Assembly: GCA_012862495.1 (NCBI GenBank)
Contig: BLSG01000206.1
Span: 18,978 to 52,369, forward strand
Source: Thraustochytrium aureum
Taxonomy: Eukaryota
Direction of reading: 5' to 3'
DNA length: 33,392 bases
Shown here: piece by piece, positions 11,201-21,521 of the stretch
Layout: the number at the start of each line of letters is the position of its first letter
Numbering within the stretch: position 1 is the first letter of the stretch
Position numbers and translations under genes: made by a program
Notes under the pieces: model-generated
Database searches by the model: none
Seen by the model: the letters and a program-made list of their open reading frames with translations, nothing else
Told to the model about the DNA's origin: nothing

Positions 11201-12535
11201 CGGCAAGCTTTTGGGCGAGCTTCTGGGCAACATCGAGCTTGGCCAGTACCTCAAGCGCTTCTTGGCCGCAGGCGTGACCAGCATTTTGCAAGCGAAGCGC
11301 CTCTCGCACGATGACCTGCTCGAAGAGTTTGACGTTGAGAGCTTTTCGCACAGGGAGCGCCTCCTGGACGCGTTCCAAAACTATGGCAAGATCGGCTCCT
11401 CGCTGTCGCAGCCGAAGCGCAACAGCCTGACGCTTGGGCGGCTCTTTGTTGGCGAAGAGTCTTTCCGCGAAGCGCTCTCGAGGCTCGGCCTCGGCGACAT
11501 GTTTCAGACCTTCATGGACAACAACGTTAGCACAGTCGAAGACGTCAAGCTCCTGAGCGCCAAGCAGCTCCGTCGCATGGGCCTTGACGAGGCGGCTCGG
11601 CAACGAGTGCTCGCCGCTGTCTCTCCTGTTGGCGATGCTGGATCGAGCTCGTCTCCTGCACCAGTCGGGGGGGCTGCTGCCGAGGCGCAGTTTGTCGAGC
11701 CTCCGTCTGGTAGTACGGGCGCGTCAGACGGCGAGGGGGAGGCCGACGCCGGCCATTGGGACAAGGCTTCAGGACCCGGAAGCGAAAAGCTGGCTGAGCA
11801 TGCAGCTCTCGGCGGAGCCGGTGGGGCGCATCGCATCTCGAAACATGCGAGCTTGGAGAAAGACGCGTTTGCAGAGTTGGCCGATTTGGGCGCTGGCAGT
11901 GCGCGGCGGCGAAGCGCGCCTGCGAGCGCAACAGGGCCCCGTTCAGAGCGCTCTAATTCCGATCGCACGTCGACGTCCGCGCGGCGCACGATCACTTTTG
12001 CTGACCAGGTTGTCTGGCAATGTGGGGTTTGCAGCAAGGTGAACGAGCCGAGCGAGACGCGCTGCAAGCGCTGCGCCTCCACGCCGTCCTTGGGGGGCCG
12101 GCTCGAGCGTGTTTGCGAGCTGGAGCGGTGCGTGCCCTGGCGGTGCCGGACCTGCAAGACCATGAACGCCTACTCTGTCGTTTTTTGCTCGCTGTGCAAC
12201 AATCGTCGGTCTACAGACGGCGAGGACGAGGTGGAGAATGAGTTTGTTTTGGGGGATCGCGTAAGCTCAATGTCACGGGGGTTTACCCTCTGCCGAAGGG
12301 GTCGCCGGGGACGGTGATTGATGTCAACATGGAGAAAGCGAGCTGTCAAGTGCAATTTGACGAGGGCAGCCTGCTGCGGGTCCAGATCGATGACCTGCGT
12401 AAGCCGGAACGCCTGCGCCCGTTGGCTCGCCTCAATACGGTGCTGAATATGATCCCGATTCCCTCAGTTCTGAGCCCTTCGGCGAGGTTTTTCCCCATGC
12501 ACGGCAGCGGCTCTTCGTCGAGCGGTGCCAACTAG
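5248..12535 (+). CDS. Divergent unconventional myosin: basic N-extension, PDZ-like, myosin N-terminal SH3-like, degenerate motor, PH, 2x SAM, 2x RanBP2-type zinc finger, C-terminal SH3-like barrel
   Basis: Motor motifs: VLHVLRERY, LAAINP, HLFELADAAF, SQTVLLSGISGSGKS, AFGNAST, ERSFHIFYQL, NYTNE, FKIKHYGG, FVRCISP, QLRYLG. PH about 9985-10280 (WAERYCLL..REERDRWVQGL). SAMs about 11211-11385 and 11460-11620. Zinc fingers WQCGVC..N..RCKRC and WRCRTC..N..FCSLC. Frameshifts at about 5763-5778, 8370, 8921 and 12263, plus two internal gaps. The 5248 start depends on the first join and is less certain. Confidence 0.85.
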
Positions 12536-12893
12536 GAGCTCAAGAGAGCTCGAGAAGGAGCGACCCTTATTTTTGCAATAGATTTGTTTTATTTTTGGCC
12601 TCATTCGCACTGCGCTCGAAGGCGAAACGAGAGCCGAAAGGAGGCAGTTGCCTTGGTCGTGCTACAGAAATGGACAGGTTCTGCGGCCCATGCCCCACAA
12701 GAACACCAAGCCCAAGCCCAAGCCCAAGTCGGTGCCTGCCCATTCCCTTTCTGGCTGCGCCATCAAGCCCATACCAAAATTTTGCAAAACCTCAAGCCCG
12801 TGCATGACCTGCACTATAATTTTGTGCAAGCATGGCTGCGTCGTGCTCGAGCTCGTACTCGGCTGATCCCCTTTCTTGAAAGCAGGGCTAGGC

Positions 12894-13999
12894 CTATTCC
12901 ATCTCGCTTCTGACGGCTGCGCCCAACTCGATCTCTGTGCTGTTTCCGTCCGTCTTAGCCGTGCCTCCTGTCTCTTTGTACCGCGTTTCGGTGGCATCAG
13001 GATTGACCGCGCCAGGGCGGTTGAACAGGCCGTCTACCGTCCGCCAGCCTTTCGGGATCCACGCCTTGGAGCAGATCACCAAGCAGCCGAGAGTGTTGAT
13101 AAGCTGGTCGACAAGCACAAAGCCCCATTGGAAGGGCCTCCACCATGAGATATCGGGAGTTTCCCTGAGCTCCAAAATTGTCGACTGCGCCGAGAGGGTG
13201 GTCATGAAGATGAAGGTTGAGATGATTGTGATCGAGCTCCACTTGAGGTTTTTGCGCGCCAGCTCGCGCACATGGCGCTCCGACATTCCGTCTTGCGCGT
13301 GTCCCAAGTTGAGCGTGTGTACATCGCGGAGATGCGCCCAGACGGGCTCGAGGAAGAGGAGCATGTAGGCAAAGGAAAGCCCTGTGTCTGCCATGGTGAA
13401 CGTCCACGTGAGGGATGTCGCAACGCTTTGGACGCAAAGGCCCTCGTTGAACAGGACTTTCCCTTGAAAGAGAACAACGCAGCCGATTGCAAAGACGGGA
13501 CAGGACAAAGTCCCAAGCCTTGTCAGCTTCAGCCCGGCTTTGCCGAGCGCGGAGCGCTGCTTCATCGAGGCTGCGCGCCACATGAGAATAACGTAAGTGC
13601 AGCAGTTTGCCAGGACGTAGCATGCCCCGCCAAGCGAGCCGAAGTGCGTGCAAGCTAGCCCGCGGCCACGTTAGTGACTGCAATCGGCGCCGGAGAAACC
13701 CCAAGCTGGATCCAACTTACATTGCCAGGTAAAGGTGGCCGTGACGATGATCACAATCCAGATTGCGTGTAGCAAGGAGAACAGGACGTTGCCGAAAATC
13801 ATCTTTGTGAGCTGCCGCTGCTTTCGATTCAGTCGCTCAGTCAGCCGCTTGGCAAGGACTAGCAAGAGGACGCAGTCCCCACGATGCTGATGATACCCAG
13901 GGTCCGCGTGATCCCTTGCCAAGTCTTGTAGCTTGGTGGCGTGTCGACATCCTCAAACATGACCGACGTGTTGTACGTCCTCACAGGTATGATGCCCAT
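12894..13999 (-). CDS. 7-TM GPCR-like membrane protein; exons 13999-13721 and 13654-12894; one apparent 1-nt deletion about 13877
   Basis: ATG at 13999 (MGIIPVRTYNTS, with an N-glycosylation sequon NTS). Seven hydrophobic segments appear after splicing, with a Cys at the start of TM3 (WQSCTHFG) and a Cys in the TM4-TM5 loop (EGLCVQ). Confidence 0.7.
13655..13720 (-). other. Spliceosomal GT-AG intron, 66 nt
   Basis: The minus strand reads GTAAGT...TCACTAAC...GGCTAG (donor, branch point, acceptor). It contains the in-frame TAA at 13671-13673, and its removal fuses two same-frame ORFs. Confidence 0.88.
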
Positions 14000-14602
14000 T
14001 CTAGATGCACGCCTGCGTCTGCTGCGCCGCCTTAGGGATCGGGCCTGCCAAGTCCATCAAGCTCTGGGCCACCGTGCGCGGAAAGGTCGCCCTGCAGCTC
14101 ACTCGCGTCGCGCCGAGGATAGACCAGGATCGGCTGCAGTCCGGCCGCGTTTGGCAACTGCCGAGCGTAGCGTCGCTCAATTCAAATCCGCGACCGCTCT
14201 CTCCAGCCGGAGCCGCTCACCAAGGGACTGAGACGAAAGCGGCTGGTGAGCAAGAGACCGTGTTATTCTGTCACCACCGACGGCACCCAACGGACACAAG
14301 CCGAACGGCTCTCTCCTCGTTGTTGATGTGAACAGAGCAGGTTTGCGTTTGTTTTATTCCGCTTGGCGGTTACTACTCCCGGCGCAGCGCAGAGGCATCG
14401 TGCAGCTGCCGCGCGACAAGCGAGAAACCTGGCTTGTAAAGGACTCTTGCTCCTGCTGCTGCTGCTGTCGCGCCCTGCAAACGCAACCGGGGCATGGCGA
14501 CAAATTGATGCCAGGTTGTCAGCCAAGTGCCTTCCGACACTTGAGAACTCGGAGCGCCGTGCAAAATGAGAACACAATTACAGTGCGTTTCAATCAATAT
14601 TT

Positions 14603-16177
14603 TCAAGGTGGCGTGCCAGAGCTGCTGCTGCAAACCTCTTCGATGACCTGAGAGAACACAGTCTCAATGACACGCAACGCATAAGTGGAGCGGCGTCCGC
14701 TTTCGCAAAAGTTGAGATGGCCGCCTTTTGGAACCTCGAAGAGGACCAGGCTGGGCAGCGTCAGCGCAAGCTCACGCTGCACACGGTGCGTGTCCGCAGT
14801 GAACAGCGGGTCATCCGAGGCATGGAGGCAGAGGACTGGGCACGCCACAGGGTTGCCGTTGGCTGCACCAAGCTTGAAGGAGCGGTGGTAATCGAGGACG
14901 TCGTCGTGGCCGTAAACGGCGCGCGCGAGCTGCTGGTCCAGGTCAATGAGCGCCCGACACGTCAGCACGCGGCGCAGGTTGAACCGCGCGGGATCCGCGC
15001 GCTCGAGGCTCTGAAACCTGGGCATATTTTCGTGGATATACCTCAGGTGGGCCTTGGCGAGCGCGAACGAGTAGATGCGCCCAACGAGCCCAGCAGCTGA
15101 CTCCAGCTGGTGGATACCGACCCGGTAGTCGTAGCAAGAGCCGACAGTGATGGCCGCGGCCAACGTGCCGCCGCTGCTTTGCTGCTGCAGGTGCTTGAGT
15201 AGATGTGCCCCGCCCTGGCTGAAGCCGAGCCCCAGCACGATCGGAGAGCGGAAGCGCTCGTGCACGACCGCCACAAGCTTGTCGAGCATGTCGGTCTTCA
15301 TCTTGTGGTGCAGCAGATAGTTGGGGAGCTTGACGCCACCCTCGCCACGGTCGTGCAGGATGGCGACTGTTGCACCGAGGCGCCTCGCGAGTTCGCTTGC
15401 GGTGAACTTGTACAGGGTCTTGGAGCTGTTGCCCCCCAGCCCAGGGATAAGAATGACCACCACGTCCCGGTCCCGTTTAGCGTGCGCAGTGCTCTGGTCG
15501 CACCAGCGCACCCAGTCTACCGCCACCTCGATGTCGAGCGAGTTGTGCGCGCCTCGAAGCAACTCCCGCTCGAAGGCGGCCTCATTTGGCTGCGTGTCGA
15601 GCAGCAGAGGGCCGACCGTGAACAAGTGGTTGTTGTAGTACGCCGGAGGCGAATATGTGTCGAGTTCCCGAAGCTTGCTCACAAGCGAGGCAGCACTCGA
15701 CCCGCGCCGGTGCGAAATCTTGTTTCCAGCCGCAGTTCTCTCGACCTCGACGGGGCAGAGGCCGTTTTCTAACCGGAAGGCCCGTGCTTCAGCGAGGGCG
15801 GCGGCCGCCACGCCGGCCGCCCGAGCCAGCTTGACCTGTGCAACTGGCACTGTGGTGGGCATCAACTTCTGCTGCTGCTCAACCTCGATGTGCCGGACGC
15901 GATGCTGGCCAAGGACCGAAAGGTGCGCCGCGCTCTTTTAACCGTCCGCTTGGTCGCAGCCGCAGCGCTTTGCAGAGCGCTTGGGCGAGCCCCCGGCTTC
16001 CGCAAACCGTGGACGGCGACGAAAACGATTATCACGGCAACCGCAGCAGTCCACCACGAGGCGCCCCCGGCGACAGCGAGGGCAAGAACCGCCCCACGCA
16101 GCAGTGGATCACTCGCTAGCCCACCGATTGGGCTAGGAGTCTTTCCCGGAAAACTGCATCTCGGCGACCTCCACCAT
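14603..16177 (-). CDS. Alpha/beta hydrolase, ABHD1/2/3 (YheT-like) family, with N-terminal membrane anchor
   Basis: PPAYYNNHLFT, ILIPGLGGNS, HDRGEGG, nucleophile GFSQGG, acid HASDDPL and His GGHLNF. A hydrophobic N-terminal segment (GAVLALAVAGGASWWTAAVAVIIVFVAV) joins by a shift at about 15937. The start at 16177 is tentative and needs further indels. Confidence 0.85.
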
Positions 16178-17229
16178 GTGGCTTGTTTGCGGCATGTGGC
16201 GCCTTGTGAGCCCCTCGCGTGCGGCTTTGCTGCCTCCAGCCTCGTCCTGCCGGTCCATCGAAGCGATCCTCGCGCGCGGGTCAGCTTGCCCTTGTTCTCG
16301 CGCGCGCTCGGGCTGTGCACCGCGCAGAGCGCCTTGGCCCTGGCGGTTGTACCGAGCTCGACTCGCTCGACTCGCGTTGCTCGCGCCAACAGCAGCGTGC
16401 ACGAGGATGCCGTCGGGGGCCAAGGCAACGTTCGCGTCCGTGGGCGGGCTGCGTATGCAGCGAGCAAGTGGTAGAGTAGGGTACTCTACGCGCGTCAGAA
16501 AAGGTGCTCTGCCTCTCGCGTCCCTGACCAAGTGGAGCGAAATGCCGCTGCTTCGTTGCGACCAATTCCGCTCGAGCGTGTCTTCCGCCGACGAGAGGTG
16601 AGCGCCAGACACCCATCCCCCCGCGTGCTTTAAAACACCGATTGCACCCCCACCTCATCAGCCGATGGTACACACCCAGAAGACGCGCTATGGGCACAGC
16701 GCGGTTAAAGCAGGCGGCCGCGCCGAGACGCCGTACTTGCTTGCGGCCGGCGAGCAAGGAATGAATGCAAGAAACGCGAAGAAACAAACTTTGAGCATAG
16801 AACTGNNNNNNNNNNNNNNNNNNNNNNNNNNNNNNNNNNNNNNNNNNNNNNNNNNNNNNNNNNNNNNNNNNNNNNNNNNNNNNNNNNNNNNNNNNNNNNN
16901 NNNNNNNNNNNNNNNNNNNNNNNNNNNNNNNNNNNNNNNNNNNNNNNNNNNNNNNNNNNNNNNNNNNNNNNTCTTTTAAAGGAAACAAGTGAACAAAGAG
17001 CTGCTCTTTGTAGGGGATTGGGTTTGGAAGATGGGGTGAGCTTCATCGCGATTTGCGAGAATGCGCTCGGCTTCCTGGGTGCCAAACGGAAGACCTCCGT
17101 CCCGATGCCAGTGGCGGCAATGCTGCATGCCGTGGGCCTCGACAGACCCGCACAAGGACTCCGGTGCCGAACTGCTGCGGAGCCAGGCCTGCGGCGTGCG
17201 GGCGAGGCGCTTGAGGGAGGACGCGCACC

Positions 17230-18747
17230 ATGGACGGCGACCGCCCGAGCCTCGACGACGAGCGGAGATGCCAGTGGCTTCAAGGGACCGAGGCCAAGGT
17301 CGCCGTGAACGGCGGCCCGGTGCTGTATTGGATGCACCGCGACAAGCGGGCCGAGGACAACTGGGCTTTGATTAAGGCGCAGAGCCTGGCGCTGGCAAAG
17401 GGCGCAGGGCTGGCCGTTGTCTTCATGGCCAAGCCGAAATACATGCATTGGGGCGAGCGCCACTTCAGCTTTGCTCTCAAGGGTCTCAAGCAGGTGCAGG
17501 CCTCGCTCGCCAAGAAAAACATTCCGATGTACGCCTCGGTTAGTCTCGACCCGGCCAAGGACGTCGCGGCGCTCGCGAAGAAGCTGAACGCGAGCGCAAT
17601 CGTGCTCGACTTTTTGCCCCTCCGGGACAAGATGGCCTGGGACGAGGCTCTCGTCAAGTCCACCGACGTCCCGGTCGCGCGCTGCGACGCCCACAACATT
17701 GTCCCCCTTTGGGTGACCTCGGGCAAACTCGAGTACGCGGCCCGCACGATTCGGCGCAAGGTGATGGACCAACTAGAGCACTTTCTGACGGCCTTCCCAA
17801 AGCTCGCCACCATGCCGGCGGGCGCGGCGCCAAGCCCGGACAAAACGCCCGACTTCGACGCGATGCTGCGCACACTAAAGGACAAACATGGCGTGGCCGG
17901 CCCGGCACCTGTTGACGCCCACTTCCCGCCTGGCCCAGACGGCGCGGAAGCAAAGCTGAGCGCCTTCCTCACGAAGAAACGGCTGGGAAGGTACGACACG
18001 CACCGCAACGATCCCACCAAGGACGCGCTCTCCAACTTGTCGCCGTACTTTAACCACGGGTTTCTTGCTGCGCAGTCGGCTGTTCGGCGCGTCAAGGCGT
18101 TCGGGAAAGAGGAGAGCTCAGTCTCGGACGGAGTCAAGAGCTTCGTGGAGGAGGCCGTGGTCCGCCGGGAACTCAGCGACAACTTTTGCTTCTACAACAA
18201 GGACTACGACAGCCTCGATGCCGCCTACGGCTGGGCGCAAGAGACTCTAAAGGTGCACGCCGCGGACAAGCGCGAGCAGCTGTATTCCTACGAGCAGTTT
18301 GTGGCCGGCGAGACCCATGACGACCTCTGGAATGCGGCGCAGCTCCAGCTCGTCAGCGAGGGCAAGCTGCACGGTTTTCTACGCATGTACTGGTGCAAAA
18401 AGATCCTGGAATGGACCGAGTCGCCCGAGGAGGCCTTGCGAATCGGCCAGGCGCTCAACGACAGGCTAGCCATCGACGGCAACGACCCGAACGGATACGT
18501 TGGCGTCGGCTGGTCCATCATGGGCATCCACGACCAGGGCTGGAAGGAGCGCCCGGTCTTTGGCAAGATTCGATACATGAACTACAATGGCTGCAAGCGC
18601 AAGTTTGACATCAAGGCCTTCGTCGACAGGTACCCGGAGGCGAGAGCGGGCGTGAAGAAATCGCACAAGCTGTCTGAACCCAGCGCAAAGCGCGCTGCCA
18701 AGGAGGAGGCGGCGCCGCCTTCGAAGAAGCGAGCAAAGAAAACATAG
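17230..18747 (+). CDS. PHR: Class II CPD (deoxyribodipyrimidine) photolyase
   Basis: Intact 505-aa ORF with class II motifs LYWMHRDKRAEDNWAL, SNLSPY, EEAVVRRELSDNFCFYN, GKLHGFLRMYWCKKILEWT and DGNDPNGYVG..WSIMGIHDQGWKERPVFGKIRYMN. The C-terminus is NLS-like (PPSKKRAKK). Confidence 0.97.
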   Translation: MDGDRPSLDDERRCQWLQGTEAKVAVNGGPVLYWMHRDKRAEDNWALIKAQSLALAKGAGLAVVFMAKPKYMHWGERHFSFALKGLKQVQASLAKKNIPMYASVSLDPAKDVAALAKKLNASAIVLDFLPLRDKMAWDEALVKSTDVPVARCDAHNIVPLWVTSGKLEYAARTIRRKVMDQLEHFLTAFPKLATMPAGAAPSPDKTPDFDAMLRTLKDKHGVAGPAPVDAHFPPGPDGAEAKLSAFLTKKRLGRYDTHRNDPTKDALSNLSPYFNHGFLAAQSAVRRVKAFGKEESSVSDGVKSFVEEAVVRRELSDNFCFYNKDYDSLDAAYGWAQETLKVHAADKREQLYSYEQFVAGETHDDLWNAAQLQLVSEGKLHGFLRMYWCKKILEWTESPEEALRIGQALNDRLAIDGNDPNGYVGVGWSIMGIHDQGWKERPVFGKIRYMNYNGCKRKFDIKAFVDRYPEARAGVKKSHKLSEPSAKRAAKEEAAPPSKKRAKKT

Positions 18748-18915
18748 ACTCCAAAACAAATCCCGATAAACCAACTTGCACGAGTAGGCTGGCACCCCAC
18801 GAGTGCTCTGTGCCACAGGTAGCACCAGCGGGGAGGATAGCCAGCCAGACAATCCTAGTTTCACAGTGCTTCTTGAGCCACGACTCGGCCGCCCAAAACG
18901 TCTCGCGTCAGGGTC

Positions 18916-20310
18916 TCAATTGCTGTCCAACGATTTGGCGTCGCCAAGTGCGCCGTCCTTGCTGCCAGCCAAGTCACCGACTGGCATAGGGGAGATCTTC
19001 TGCTCGTTGCTATGAGGCTCCTTGAGCGTCATCACCATGATCCCGACAAGCGTGATGAGGACGCCAAGCGGGAACAGCACCCACTGAACCGTAGTGTACT
19101 GGTCAAACTCGCGATATGTCAGAGCGCCCATCGAACCACTGAGAATGATATACATGCAGTTGTAGAGCGGCACATAGAGCACTGCGTCGTAGCGCCGGAG
19201 ACCTTGGTTAATGTGCATAATCTGCAGCGTGGCAAAGAAGATGATCAGGACAATGTGGTAGTACGGGTGTATGGTTGACCAAGCGCCTCCGCTGCGGTCG
19301 GACGACGAGAGCCCGCCTTCGGCCAGTTCGCCTGTGGCCTTGAACACGATGTTGCCGATGCCGCCAAATCCGCCGGCACAAAAAGCGAACATTGCAGGTC
19401 GCAGCCGGGCAAGAAGTGGGGTAGCACGAGCAAAGTGGATAAAGTACAGAGCAACCGCAATCAGGGACGAGAGGGTGATCACCCCGGCAAGAAAGTCTGT
19501 GTCCGTGTATCGACTCAACAGCCGGCACGCGTCATAGTTGGCATCAGTCTTGGGCCCCCCTGCTGTGGCAAGGACCAGGCCCGCGAGGATGATGGCAGTC
19601 GCGACTTTCTCGATACGGTCTGGTTTCTCGCCCAGCATCAGCTGAGCCATGAACAGGTTTAGTGCGATCGTCAGCCCCGCAAACACCACAAGCAGGCTCT
19701 GCGCCGCTAGCGCGAGGGCGACAAAGTCGAACGGGAGCGGCAACAGCACCATCAGCGCAAAAGCGCAAAGCCAGGCGGGCGACAAAAGGATCCCGCCAAG
19801 CTCAATCGCGCGCTTGCCGTCCGGCTTGGCATCGTTGATCCGATGCGCGATTTTCTGCATCAGCGTGCCCACGGTGGTGCAGATACTGGACAGAATCGAA
19901 AAGACCACGCCAAGTACCCAAGTAAGGTCCTCTTCCGGCTCCGAGGTGGAGGCCGCCTCGTCCAGAGGAACGCAGTCGCACCGGGAAACGCGCGTCGCAT
20001 TGTCCGTGTCAAAGATCGTATGTACGTTTGAACACCAAAAGGATTCGTTGAGCGCAAGGCCGTCCCAGCCGGCGGGCTCGCTCCAGCCAGGTGGGCTGTC
20101 TTGCACGAAGGAGACGCACTCAGAGTAAACGCGATTTGTCCCGTTCACTGTTGACAGCATGAATGGGAGCATGCAGTCCAGCGAGTTGCTGCCGTGCGAG
20201 ACCGTCTTTCCGAGGCAATTCCAGTTTCCTGACTCGGTAACTTGGAGAAGCGCTGATGGCAGTGGTGTCAGGTCATTCCCCGATGCCCCGCAGTCGAGAG
20301 AATTCCCCAT
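18916..20310 (-). CDS. NIPA-family (DMT superfamily) putative Mg2+ transporter with Cys-rich N-terminal extension
   Basis: GVVFSILSSICTTVGTLMQKIAH, SPAWLCAF, DFVALALAAQSL..MLGE and QIMHINQGLRRYDAVLYVPLY, with about 9 TM segments. The first in-frame ATG is at 20310, but the frame is open to about 20604, so the true start may be upstream. Confidence 0.88.
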   Translation of the reverse strand: MGNSLDCGASGNDLTPLPSALLQVTESGNWNCLGKTVSHGSNSLDCMLPFMLSTVNGTNRVYSECVSFVQDSPPGWSEPAGWDGLALNESFWCSNVHTIFDTDNATRVSRCDCVPLDEAASTSEPEEDLTWVLGVVFSILSSICTTVGTLMQKIAHRINDAKPDGKRAIELGGILLSPAWLCAFALMVLLPLPFDFVALALAAQSLLVVFAGLTIALNLFMAQLMLGEKPDRIEKVATAIILAGLVLATAGGPKTDANYDACRLLSRYTDTDFLAGVITLSSLIAVALYFIHFARATPLLARLRPAMFAFCAGGFGGIGNIVFKATGELAEGGLSSSDRSGGAWSTIHPYYHIVLIIFFATLQIMHINQGLRRYDAVLYVPLYNCMYIILSGSMGALTYREFDQYTTVQWVLFPLGVLITLVGIMVMTLKEPHSNEQKISPMPVGDLAGSKDGALGDAKSLDSN

Positions 20311-20675
20311 GGTCTTGCTTGGGCCGGGAAAGCGCCCTGCTCTTGCGCTGTCCACCAGATGCTGTCCGCGCGTGGCGCAGCTCCAATCGCTTCGACCACG
20401 CCCGGGCGCTCTGGTGGCGACGACGTGCTCGACGTTGCTGGCAAGTCGTTGCCGCGCGAGCGCCGAACACCGCCGACAACCTGCCACGAAAGGGCACGGG
20501 CCTGCTCGCCTCGTCGCCACGTCTGGGCGCGCGAGTGACGAGGTGGTCTGATCTGTTCGTTGCGTCCTCTGACTGGTGTCTTGCTTGCCCTGGTCGCCAG
20601 ACACATTCAGGAGTGCGCAACGTGTTGACCGGATCTCTGCGCGAGCTCTTCATTGTTCACTAGAATCGAAATAGG

Positions 20676-21304
20676 TCAATCAAAATCTTTCAATTGATCA
20701 AAAAACGCTTCGACTTGTCCCGCGCGACCGAACCATTGAGCGGCCCACACGGCTCCAACGGGGTTGGAACGGTCCTGAGCGGATTGGGTCGTCTCCCTGG
20801 CGCACCGTGAATGCGAATGGCCATCATCGCAAGACGCGAGCCCCGCGCACCTTGGAATCTCCCTACACCCTCGCGGGCATGCCGCACAAGCACGTCCACC
20901 GCGCCCACGCCAGGCGCCGCCAAACCAAACCAAACCCGATCAGTGAGTACGTAATCCTGCAAGCGCCAGAGCTCTCGAGACAACAGCCCCCTGCGATTGA
21001 CGAGCGTACCTTGCGGTTGGCGATCGAGCGCCGCCGCGGGAGCCGCGACCTGCTGCTCCCGCAGCCGCCTTCCTAGCGAAACCATTTGCACGAGCTTGTC
21101 GAGGAGCTCCCGCGTGGGTCTGCAGAGAACACGGTGCCCCCGACACCAGTGGCGCAGCTAACGTCACGAACGGTGGCCGTCGCGCAAGGCGCCAGCGCGA
21201 GGTGTGTCGTGCTAGCGCCCAAGCCGTGCTCCACTCCGACGGTCTCGTCGTACCACCACCTCGTCCGGGGGCGGGCGCGCGCTCGGCCCGCGTGGCTGGC
21301 GCTG
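20676..21304 (-). CDS. Possible hypothetical protein (frameshifted; 5' end in or beyond the gap)
   Basis: Protein-like pieces in successive frames: RWWYDETVGVEHG.., RELWRLQDYVLTDRVWFG.. and AVWAAQWFGRAGQVEAFFDQLKDFD*. No family recognised. Confidence 0.3.
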
Positions 21305-21521
21305 NNNNNNNNNNNNNNNNNNNNNNNNNNNNNNNNNNNNNNNNNNNNNNNNNNNNNNNNNNNNNNNNNNNNNNNNNNNNNNNNNNNNNNNNNNNNNNNN
21401 NNNNNNNNNNNNNNNNNNNNNNNNNNNNNNNNNNNNNNNNNNNNCTCCTGCGCCAGCCCCTGCGAGTCGGTAATCTGAGCCGCGCTCGAGGCTTGTCGTA
21501 GCGCGGCCGCTCTCGGTTGGA

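Noticed and set aside
12261..12266. GTAAGC as a splice donor in the myosin tail
   Set aside because: Adding one A gives a continuous, coherent SH3-like sequence, and I saw no convincing branch point/acceptor pair.
12584..12913. Short ORFs with KPKPKP or QAQAQA from a ccaagc-type hexamer repeat (about 12706-12728)
   Set aside because: This is a short microsatellite in the region between convergent genes, with no coding evidence.
13671..13673. In-frame TAA suggesting readthrough or an alternative genetic code
   Set aside because: It lies inside a 66-nt intron, overlapping the CACTAAC branch point.
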